Source of the DNA: an uncultured Rikenellaceae bacterium
GTDB taxonomy: Bacteria; Bacteroidota; Bacteroidia; Bacteroidales; VadinHA17
Assembly (NCBI GenBank): GCA_964429295.1
Contig: CAYSBL010000006.1
Span: forward strand, 259-64,258
Direction: 5' to 3'
DNA: 64,000 nt
How positions within the stretch are numbered: position 1 is the first letter of the stretch; each line of letters opens with the position of its first letter. The position numbers and the translations under genes were made by a program. Under the pieces are notes generated by a model. The model did no database searches. It had not been told where the DNA came from and was given only the letters and a program-made list of their open reading frames with translations. Below, in pieces: positions 17,468-25,949 of this stretch.

Positions 17468-19361
17468 TCCGTTCATCATACCATTTAACATTGGACTTTA
17501 CTTCATAATCATCTATGCAGTGGTCAGGAGCGTTATCTGGTTCAGGGAGCTTTCAAGATCCGACAAGCTCAGGCTCCAGAGGGGATTTTTCGGCAGGGCA
17601 TTCGGTCAGAGCCTTAAGGAGATATTCCTTGAGAGTCTTATTCACAGAAAGATACTCAGGTCGAATCCCCGCCTTGGCTATATGCATATGAGTCTTGCTT
17701 TCGGATGGTTTCTTCTTATTCTGTTCGGGACAATAGAGGCTGATATCTTTGGGGAAAAACATCTGAATCCTCCGTACAAGGCCATATTCTTCAAGTTCTT
17801 CAATCCCGACCATGGTAAAACTTTTTTTGAGGCGTCCTATACATTCCTCATGGATCTTATACTTGCCTTCATATTGTCGGGACTGATACTGGCTGTCATC
17901 AAGAGGTTTACATCAAAAGTTGTTGGCATGAAGAAGACTACCCGGCTCAAGCCTCTTGACAAGATTGCCCTGACATCTCTCTGGCTTATTTTTCCAAGTC
18001 GTCTTATCGCAGAGAGTCTTACAAGCGGAGCTTACGGTACGGGCAGTTTTCTGACAGGAAACCTGGGAGCAGCACTGGCCTCTTTTCTTCCTGCGAATGA
18101 GGTTGCCTATCCTTTCTGGTGGCTCTATTCGTTATCGCTCGGTACATTTTTCGTTCTGCTTCCTCTCACCAGGTATCTTCACATTCCGACTGAACTGTTC
18201 CTGATCTTCATGAGAAACTCAGGCATCAGGACGGGCGACCGGCCCGGAACCTATTCGGAGGTAGAAGTGCATTCATGCTCTTCCTGCGGGATGTGCATCG
18301 ATGTGTGTCAGCTTGGCTTTTCGGCGGGGATCAATACTATCCAGGCCACCTACCTGATGAAAGGAATCCGAAACAGTGAGGAACTCTATGACGTAGCCCA
18401 CAATTGCCTCATGTGCGGCAGATGTGATCACATATGCCCGGTAGGGATAGAGATATCCCCGATAAGGATGATAGTCAGAAGGACCGAGGAAAACGAACAT
18501 GTTTACGAGAACAGGTGGAACGGATATTTCAGGAACAGACTGAATGTGGCTTCGCCGAAGCAGCAGAACGGTACATCATATGGTTTTCTTCCAAAACCGA
18601 AACAGGAAAAAGCAGATGTACTATATTTTGCCGGGTGCATGACGCATCTTACTCCCTCGATCAAGAAAGCCATGGTCAGGATACTGGATGCATCTGGTCT
18701 CAACTGGTCGTTCATGGACGAGCAGGGCGGAGCTTGCTGTGGAAGACCGCTTATGCTGGAAGGCAATGACAGGGAGGCGCGTGAACTGATAAACTACAAC
18801 TCTCAGCTCATCTGGAATTCCGGTGCCCATACACTCGTAACATCATGCCCGATATGCTTTAAGGTATTCAGGGAGAGTTATTATCTTGATGTCGAAGTGC
18901 TTCATCATTCACAATTCATCAAAAACCTTATAGATGAAGGTCTTATCGACCTCAATTTTCTTCAGAAACGGGTCACCTACCATACCCCCTGCGAACTTGG
19001 ACGAAGGTCAGGTATTTACGATGAACCAAAGGAAGTAATAAGGCATGTGGCCACTCTCGAAGCCACCGGTTATGATGATGAGAATTCCCTGTGCTGCGGG
19101 GGAAGCCTGGGAAACATCATGCTTAGTCGCGAAAAAAAGCAAAGGATAGCGGAGGATGTTACAGCAAGGCTGACTGCCTGTTCTCCCGACTCACTTATTA
19201 CTTCATGTCCTCTTTGTAAGAAGACTCTGGCTCAGGCCACCGGCACAAAAGTCATGGATATTGCTGAGCTTGTCGTCGAGGCAATAGCCAGTGCTCACGA
19301 GCCGAAAAAAAGCCACGGGAGATTTAAAAAAAAGATCCTGAGTGAGTCGACCGCATCCTGA
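17457..19361 (+). CDS. membrane-anchored FeS/CCG oxidoreductase subunit (HdrE/DsrM-like membrane domain fused to HdrD/DsrK/GlpC-like module)
   Basis: The N-terminal ~270 aa carries 5-6 hydrophobic helices with His residues (GYMHMSLAFGW, RYLHIPTE). This is followed by CSSCGMCIDVCQ and CLMCGRCDHICP, and then two CCG domains (GGACCGRP...TSCPIC; NSLCCGGS...TSCPLC). It overlaps the previous gene by 11 nt. Confidence 0.75.
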   Translation: MNFDPFIIPFNIGLYFIIIYAVVRSVIWFRELSRSDKLRLQRGFFGRAFGQSLKEIFLESLIHRKILRSNPRLGYMHMSLAFGWFLLILFGTIEADIFGEKHLNPPYKAIFFKFFNPDHGKTFFEASYTFLMDLILAFILSGLILAVIKRFTSKVVGMKKTTRLKPLDKIALTSLWLIFPSRLIAESLTSGAYGTGSFLTGNLGAALASFLPANEVAYPFWWLYSLSLGTFFVLLPLTRYLHIPTELFLIFMRNSGIRTGDRPGTYSEVEVHSCSSCGMCIDVCQLGFSAGINTIQATYLMKGIRNSEELYDVAHNCLMCGRCDHICPVGIEISPIRMIVRRTEENEHVYENRWNGYFRNRLNVASPKQQNGTSYGFLPKPKQEKADVLYFAGCMTHLTPSIKKAMVRILDASGLNWSFMDEQGGACCGRPLMLEGNDREARELINYNSQLIWNSGAHTLVTSCPICFKVFRESYYLDVEVLHHSQFIKNLIDEGLIDLNFLQKRVTYHTPCELGRRSGIYDEPKEVIRHVATLEATGYDDENSLCCGGSLGNIMLSREKKQRIAEDVTARLTACSPDSLITSCPLCKKTLAQATGTKVMDIAELVVEAIASAHEPKKSHGRFKKKILSESTAS

Positions 19362-19505
19362 TGATTACTTTTTAACCCAAATTGTTGATAACTTCTTTGT
19401 TTGTTGGTAAGAGGTTGGTATTTTTTTTGTTTTTTCGCGAACTGATGGAATACTCTAAATGTTAAAATTACGTTCTAATAAAGTTGTTAGTCAAAAAACT
19501 CATAT

Positions 19506-20042
19506 ATGAATAGAAAAATCTTTACCCTATTTGGTCTGGTTATTCTGTTGGTTTGGTCGTGCGGAAGTGATTCACCGAAGGATAAAGTATCGGAGAATGC
19601 CGTGGTACAGGAATCAGACGGAACCTTTGCTCTCAATCTGGAGGATGCTGCCTGTTACAGCGATGCTGAAAATCCGGAAAGCAACACTGCAGAATGGAAG
19701 GTGATGGTATCAGAACCGGGAACATACAAGGTATGGCTCTCGAGTGCGACAAGGGATACCACCGATTTAAGTTACATCAACTCTGTCAGGATAAGTCTTC
19801 TTGACAAGCTTATCGAAGTTGATCCTGCTATCGACAGGGTGGTTCTTGATTCAAAGGAAGTATCATTGCCATTTTACAGGGCTGATTCCTATGCCGGATC
19901 GTTCTATTTTTCAGAACCCGGGGAATACAGCATTCAGGTGATAAGTGAGAAGATACTTCCCAAGGAAGCCATGAACAGTTCAAGGGAGGAGAGTATCGAT
20001 ACCAAGCTTGTTTCGGTGATCCTCACTCCGCTGACCCGCTGA
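19506..20042 (+). CDS. lipoprotein, unknown function
   Basis: The lipobox-like signal is LVILLVWSCGSD. Size is 178 aa. Its 3' end overlaps the convergent purL by 20 nt. Confidence 0.5.
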   Translation: MNRKIFTLFGLVILLVWSCGSDSPKDKVSENAVVQESDGTFALNLEDAACYSDAENPESNTAEWKVMVSEPGTYKVWLSSATRDTTDLSYINSVRISLLDKLIEVDPAIDRVVLDSKEVSLPFYRADSYAGSFYFSEPGEYSIQVISEKILPKEAMNSSREESIDTKLVSVILTPLTR

Positions 20043-23000
20043 CTTTAGTTTCGATCCAGAGCCTTGCATTAACAAAGGCTTTTATCCAGGGAGTGACTTC
20101 ATCCTGTTTTCTTTCAGCCGGATAGAATCCGCATTGCCATGGGAAGAATGATCTTTCCAGATGTGGCATCATTGCCAGATGCCGGCCGTCGCCGGAACAC
20201 AGTCCGGCAACATCGTATTCTGAACCGTTGGGATTTGCCGGATACGAGCTTCTGCTGTATTTAAGTACAACCTCGTATTTTTCTTCAGGAAGGGGCAGAC
20301 TGAACCGGCCCTCTCCATGGGCAACCCATATGCCGAGTTCCATGCCTGCCATATTCCCAAGCATTACAGAGTTGTTGACTGGAATTTTTACTCCCAGAAA
20401 GGAGGATTCGAATTTTCCAGATTTGTTGTGCAGGAGTTTTACCTTCTTCATGTGCCGCGGATAGATAAGGTCGAGTTCGGCCATAAGCTGGCAGCCATTG
20501 CAGACACCAAGGGACAGGGTATCAGGTCTGGAGTAGAAACCCTGAAGAGCTTTTCTGGCTTTTTCATTATATTTGAATGCTCCGGCCCAGCCCTTTGCAG
20601 ATCCGAGCACATCGGAGTTTGAAAAACCTCCCACAAATACTATCATGTTCAGTTCTACAAGTGTTTCCCTGCCACTGATCAGGTCAGTCATATGGACGTC
20701 CCTGACATCAAATCCGGCAAGCCACAGTGCATAAGCCATCTCACGGTCGCCGTTGACTCCCTTTTCCCTGATTATGCCAGCCCTGGTGCCCCACTTTTTC
20801 CTCCGGTCGGGGGAGATACCAAGCGATTTGAAAGTACCCTGGAAATTGCAAAGGTCAAACCTTACGGGACTCTTTTTGTATGTTTCGTATCTCTCTCTTG
20901 CATTATCGGCACCGCTCTGGCGGCGGTCAAACAGATATGATGTATGGAACCACAGGTCCCTCAGGCGGTCTATGTCGAAGGAGAAGGATTCATCATTGCT
21001 GGCGACTCTCAGCATTCTTTCTGTAACGGGGTGTCCTATTGCCAGATAGGAGATCCCGCGTTCGAGCAGCATCTCTGTTATTTCGTTCACATCCTTCACC
21101 TGAATTATTATCCCCGGATTCTGACTGAAAAGGATCCTGACCGTATCTCTTTCATTGAGTGCTGAAAGGTTAATGGAGGCACCGCCTTCGGTATTTGAAA
21201 AGCACATTTCGAGAAGGGTGGTTATCATTCCACCTGCTGATATATCATGTCCGGCAAGGATCTTCCCGTTGCTGATCAGATGCTGAATGGTATTGAAGAC
21301 CTCGGCAAAATATGCAGGATCGGTAACAATAGGAGCTTCACCGCCTATTCTGTTCAGAATCTGTGAAAAACAACTGCCTCCTGTCTTAAGACCATCCCTG
21401 CTCATGTCTATATAGATCAGACTGGTGTAGGGATCGTTCACCATTACGGGTTCGACTATTTTTCTGATGTTGCTTATCTCGGCAGCTGCCGAAATAATAA
21501 CAGTTCCCGGGGAAAGTACCGTCTGATCGGAATATTTCTGTGTCATAGAAAGACTGTCCTTGCCAGTCGGAATATTTATTCCAAGTTCGATGGCAAATTT
21601 ACCAGCTGCCTTAACTGCTTTGTACAGCCTTGCATCTTCTCCCTTATTTTTGCAGGGCCAGGTCCAGTTTGCCGAGAGCGAAACGCTTTTTAGCCCGTCG
21701 GTGAGAGGCGCCCAGATAATATTTGTAAGAGCCTCCGCTATTGATAGCACTGATCCTGCCTCGGGATCAAGAAGCCCTGCTGCAGGTGCATGACCAACGG
21801 CAACTGCCATTCCCCTGCATCCCCTGTAATCGAGAGTAATTGCTCCCAGGTTATTGAGCGGAAGCTGGAGGGGCCCGGCGCACTGTTGTTTGGCAATTCG
21901 TCCGGTTACCGACCTGTCGACCTTGCTGGTAAGCCAGTCTTTACAGGCAACTTCTTCAAGCTGCAGGACTTTTTCCAGGTAATCCGGAATTTTTGAGGAA
22001 CTGTATTCAGGAGGACTGAATCCTGTGTTTTCGGTTGTGTCGGTAATAACTGTTCTCGGAGGATTGCCGAAGAGCGCTTCAAGCTCAAGGTCAACTGGTT
22101 TCTCACCGGTCTTTCCGTTGTAAAAACTGAACCTGTGATCTCCGGTAATCTCGCCAATGATGTAGATGGGAGCTCTTTCCCTTTCTGCAATAGCAAAGAG
22201 TTCCTGAACATCACCGGGTCTCATCACAAGGCCCATTCTTTCCTGCGATTCATTACCAATAAGTTCCCTGGCTGAAAGGGTTGGGTCGCCCACAGGAAGC
22301 TTGCTTATGTCAATTTTGCCGCCGGTGGTGTCGACAAGTTCCGACAGACAGTTCAGATGCCCGCCGGCTCCATGGTCGTGTATTGATACTATGGGGTTCA
22401 ATTCCGATTCTCCAAGTGCTCTGATCGCATTAAATACCCTCTTCTGCATTTCGGGATTGGCACGCTGCACTGCATTGAGCTCTATTGAGCTGTCGTATTT
22501 GCCCGTTTCCACAGAAGAAACGGCACCGCCTCCCATGCCGATCCTGTAATTGTCGCCGCCAAGAAGCACTATCAGGTCGCCCTTTTGAGGTACATCTTTC
22601 TCCGAATCCTTTTTCTTCCCGACGCCGATTCCGCCTGCAAGCATGACCACCTTGTCGTAACCATATTTCTTCAGGTTTTCGAAGTGTTCAAAGGTTAGAA
22701 CGGAGCCGCATATCAGTGGCTGACCAAACTTATTTCCGAAATCGCTTGCTCCGTTGGATGCTTTTATAAGTATATCGGACGGAGTGCGGTACAACCATGG
22801 TCTTTCTGGTATTGTCTTTTCCCACGGCCGGGCTCCGTCGGGTCGTGGATAGGCTGTCATATAGACTGCAGTTCCTGCGATGGGGAAGGAACCTTTTCCC
22901 CCGGCCATCCTGTCACGTATTTCGCCTCCCGTTCCGGTCGAAGCGCCGTTGAAAGGTTCTACGGTCGTCGGAAAATTATGAGTCTCAGCCTTAAGTGACA

Positions 23001-23724
23001 GCACCGATTCAAATTCCTTCACGGCAAAATAGTCGGGTTTGTCCTGGGATGCCGGTGCAAACTGCTCTGCAACAGGCCCCTGAAGAAAGGCACAGTTATC
23101 CTTATATGCCGAAACGACCTTGTTCCTGTTGAAATGAGTGGTGTTCTTTATAAGCTGAAAAAGTGTCGAGTCCCTTTCTTCGCCGTCGATCACAAATATC
23201 CCGTTGAATATTTTATGACGGCAATGTTCTGAATTGACCTGGGAGAAACCAAAGACCTCGCTGTCGGTAAGGGGCCTGTTCAGCGACCTTGAAAGTCCTT
23301 CAAGATATTCGATTTCATCTTCGTTAAGCGCCAGACCTTCTTTTTCGTTGTATGCCCTGATGTCAATTATCCTTACTATCTCTTCAGGTTTCCGGTCAGT
23401 GGTGAAAAGATCCTGGCCGGGATTAACATACATTGCCTGAAGCATCGGATCATATCCAGGAATGTCTGTCCTGACGGGGAAAAATTCTTCAATCCTTGTT
23501 ATTCCGCTTATTCCCATATTCTGGGTTATCTCAACAGCGTTGGTGCTCCACGGAGTGATCATTTCCTTTCTGGGTCCCACGAACCTTCCCTCGAGCCTGG
23601 ATTTGCTGAAAAGCTGAGCTTCGCCAAAGAGCCAGACCAGTTTTTCGGTATCCTCCTTTTTTAAATCGGTTGTAGTTCCCGCTGCAATTATGTTACCTGA
23701 CCTGCTTTCAAAGAATAGAATCAT
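20023..23724 (-). CDS. purL: phosphoribosylformylglycinamidine synthase, single-chain large type
   Basis: 1233 aa. It carries the FGAM synthase AIR-synthase-like repeats and a C-terminal glutaminase domain (GVCNGCQ nucleophile elbow). Confidence 0.93.
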   Translation of the reverse strand: MILFFESRSGNIIAAGTTTDLKKEDTEKLVWLFGEAQLFSKSRLEGRFVGPRKEMITPWSTNAVEITQNMGISGITRIEEFFPVRTDIPGYDPMLQAMYVNPGQDLFTTDRKPEEIVRIIDIRAYNEKEGLALNEDEIEYLEGLSRSLNRPLTDSEVFGFSQVNSEHCRHKIFNGIFVIDGEERDSTLFQLIKNTTHFNRNKVVSAYKDNCAFLQGPVAEQFAPASQDKPDYFAVKEFESVLSLKAETHNFPTTVEPFNGASTGTGGEIRDRMAGGKGSFPIAGTAVYMTAYPRPDGARPWEKTIPERPWLYRTPSDILIKASNGASDFGNKFGQPLICGSVLTFEHFENLKKYGYDKVVMLAGGIGVGKKKDSEKDVPQKGDLIVLLGGDNYRIGMGGGAVSSVETGKYDSSIELNAVQRANPEMQKRVFNAIRALGESELNPIVSIHDHGAGGHLNCLSELVDTTGGKIDISKLPVGDPTLSARELIGNESQERMGLVMRPGDVQELFAIAERERAPIYIIGEITGDHRFSFYNGKTGEKPVDLELEALFGNPPRTVITDTTENTGFSPPEYSSSKIPDYLEKVLQLEEVACKDWLTSKVDRSVTGRIAKQQCAGPLQLPLNNLGAITLDYRGCRGMAVAVGHAPAAGLLDPEAGSVLSIAEALTNIIWAPLTDGLKSVSLSANWTWPCKNKGEDARLYKAVKAAGKFAIELGINIPTGKDSLSMTQKYSDQTVLSPGTVIISAAAEISNIRKIVEPVMVNDPYTSLIYIDMSRDGLKTGGSCFSQILNRIGGEAPIVTDPAYFAEVFNTIQHLISNGKILAGHDISAGGMITTLLEMCFSNTEGGASINLSALNERDTVRILFSQNPGIIIQVKDVNEITEMLLERGISYLAIGHPVTERMLRVASNDESFSFDIDRLRDLWFHTSYLFDRRQSGADNARERYETYKKSPVRFDLCNFQGTFKSLGISPDRRKKWGTRAGIIREKGVNGDREMAYALWLAGFDVRDVHMTDLISGRETLVELNMIVFVGGFSNSDVLGSAKGWAGAFKYNEKARKALQGFYSRPDTLSLGVCNGCQLMAELDLIYPRHMKKVKLLHNKSGKFESSFLGVKIPVNNSVMLGNMAGMELGIWVAHGEGRFSLPLPEEKYEVVLKYSRSSYPANPNGSEYDVAGLCSGDGRHLAMMPHLERSFFPWQCGFYPAERKQDEVTPWIKAFVNARLWIETKVSGSAE

Positions 23725-23864
23725 ATGAATTTGTTAAAGAATTGAATGTTAACAAGATATATTTGACATCAAAGTATGGTGCCGGTTATTCAAAGTTAAT
23801 GTTTGTTTTATATCATTATGGAACATTGAAAGCTTGAAATTTGATGCATTTGATATTCAGTATT

Positions 23865-25925
23865 TTACATAGTTACCATGTTTTGACTTTCAGTATTACT
23901 CAGACCGCTTCTCTCCAGGAAAGCGTCCATGGAAGGTTCTCTTCCCCTGAATCTGATGTACAGGTCCATAGGTTTTTCGGACTCACCCCTTTCAAGGATA
24001 TTCTTTCTGAACGATCCTGCGACTTCCGGATTGAAGAGACCTGATTCCCTGAAGTGCATGAAGGCATCGGCATCGAGCACTTCGGCCCATTTGTAACCAT
24101 AATAGCCTGCAGCATATCCTCCGCCGAAGAGATGGGTGAATGAACAGCTCATGTTAAGATCCATGTCGACCGGGAATATTTCCGTTTTTTTCATAGCATT
24201 GACCTCAAAATCCTTCACATCGCCCGTGAAAGGTTCGGTGATAGTGTGCCATGCCATGTCGAGCAGGGCAAATCCCAGCTGCCGGCTGCAGGCATAGCCT
24301 TCATTGAAAGTCGAAGCATCCCTGATCCTCCAGATCAGATCGGGAGGTATTTTTTCCCCGGTTTTGTAATGGACTGCCCAGGTATCGAGCCATTCCTGCT
24401 CATAGGCCCAGTTTTCCATGAACTGGGAAGGCAGCTCCACAAAATCCCTTGCTACATTTGTTCCTGAAAGGCCTTCATAGCTGCAGTCGGAAAGCATTCC
24501 GTGAAGGGCATGTCCGAACTCGTGAAGAAAAGTGGTAAGCTCGCCAAATGTAAGTAGTGAAGGATCCGAATTGGTGGGTCTGGAAAAGTTGGCAACGATC
24601 GATACAAGAGGTATAATCCTTTTACCGTTATCCCTCCACTGCTCCCTGAAGCTTGTCATCCATGCACCACCATTCTTTCCAGGCCTTGGATGAAAATCGG
24701 TATAAAGTATTGCCAGAATGGCGTTATCATTGTCAAAGACCTGGTATGCGGTCACCTCTTCATGGTAAACTGGGATCGAACCGTCTCGTTCAAACCTCAC
24801 GCCGAAAAGGCGTTTGCACAGTGAAAATATGGCATCCGTAACAATTTCAAGAGGGAAATAAGGCTTCAGTATCTCATCGTCTATCAGGTACTTTTCCTTT
24901 TTGAGCTTTTCGGAAAAAAATGCCCAGTCCCACCGTTCAATTCTATCGTTGTGGCCGAGACTCCCGGCGAAAGCATCTATATTGCGGTAATCCCTTAAAG
25001 CTGCTTCCCTTGATGCCGAGTGAAGATTGCCGAGAAATGATTCCACCTTTCCGGGTGTTTCTGCCATCCGGTCGGAGAGAGCCATTTCTGCAAAGTTCCT
25101 GAATCCGAGCAATTTTGCTGTTTCGAGTCTCAGGTTCACCATTCGTTCCACCAGCAATCTGTTGTCTCTTTGGTTTTTCCGGTAAGCTCTTGAGGAATAT
25201 GCACGGAGCAGAAGTTCCCTGAGGTGTCTTTTTTCCGAGTACTGCATGAAGGGCAGGTAGCTAGGGTGCTGAAGAGTGAAAACCCAGCCTGTGAGGTTTC
25301 GCCTGGCGGCTTCCATGGCTGCCATCTCTAAAATTCCGGGAGGGAGACCTGCAAGGTCATCCTGCTCTTCCAGATGAAGTTGAAAGGCATTGGTTTCTTC
25401 CAGAACATTTTCCTCAAATTTCAGAGCAAGCGTTGAAAGTTCCTCCGAAATCTCCCTGAATCTCTTTTTATCATGTTCATTCAGTTCAGCACCGCCAAGC
25501 ATAAAACTGCGGTATTTCTTTTCGAGAAGCATTTTTTGTTCAGTTGTCAGGTCCGGTTTTTCAGCTGAGTTCCTGACAGTCTTTAGCCTTGCGAAAAGGG
25601 CTTCATTCATTGAGACATCATTCGAGAATCTGGTAAGGAGGGGAGATATCTCCTGTGCTGCAGCCTGGAGCTCCTTTGATGTTTCGGCACTGTTAAGGTT
25701 GAACAGCATGGCAGAGATCCTTCCCAGCCTCTGTCCGCATCGGTCAAGTGCAGCGACGGTGTTTTCAAAAGTCGGGGGATCGGGGCTGACGGTAATCTGT
25801 TCTATTTCAACCGCGGCAATTTTGATAGCCTCTTCAACAGCGGGTTTGAAATCGGCGGTTTTAACAAGGTGAAAAGGAGGAGTTTCCCAGGGAGTGTCCC
25901 AGTTCTCCAGCAACGGATTCAGCAT
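23865..25925 (-). CDS. M3-family zinc metallopeptidase (peptidyl-dipeptidase Dcp / oligopeptidase A-like)
   Basis: Contains the HEFGHALHG zinc motif. The 686-aa length and overall pattern fit the M3A family. Confidence 0.82.
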   Translation of the reverse strand: MLNPLLENWDTPWETPPFHLVKTADFKPAVEEAIKIAAVEIEQITVSPDPPTFENTVAALDRCGQRLGRISAMLFNLNSAETSKELQAAAQEISPLLTRFSNDVSMNEALFARLKTVRNSAEKPDLTTEQKMLLEKKYRSFMLGGAELNEHDKKRFREISEELSTLALKFEENVLEETNAFQLHLEEQDDLAGLPPGILEMAAMEAARRNLTGWVFTLQHPSYLPFMQYSEKRHLRELLLRAYSSRAYRKNQRDNRLLVERMVNLRLETAKLLGFRNFAEMALSDRMAETPGKVESFLGNLHSASREAALRDYRNIDAFAGSLGHNDRIERWDWAFFSEKLKKEKYLIDDEILKPYFPLEIVTDAIFSLCKRLFGVRFERDGSIPVYHEEVTAYQVFDNDNAILAILYTDFHPRPGKNGGAWMTSFREQWRDNGKRIIPLVSIVANFSRPTNSDPSLLTFGELTTFLHEFGHALHGMLSDCSYEGLSGTNVARDFVELPSQFMENWAYEQEWLDTWAVHYKTGEKIPPDLIWRIRDASTFNEGYACSRQLGFALLDMAWHTITEPFTGDVKDFEVNAMKKTEIFPVDMDLNMSCSFTHLFGGGYAAGYYGYKWAEVLDADAFMHFRESGLFNPEVAGSFRKNILERGESEKPMDLYIRFRGREPSMDAFLERSGLSNTESQNMVTM

Positions 25926-25949
25926 ATTGAAAGGAATTTTCTGTTTTGA

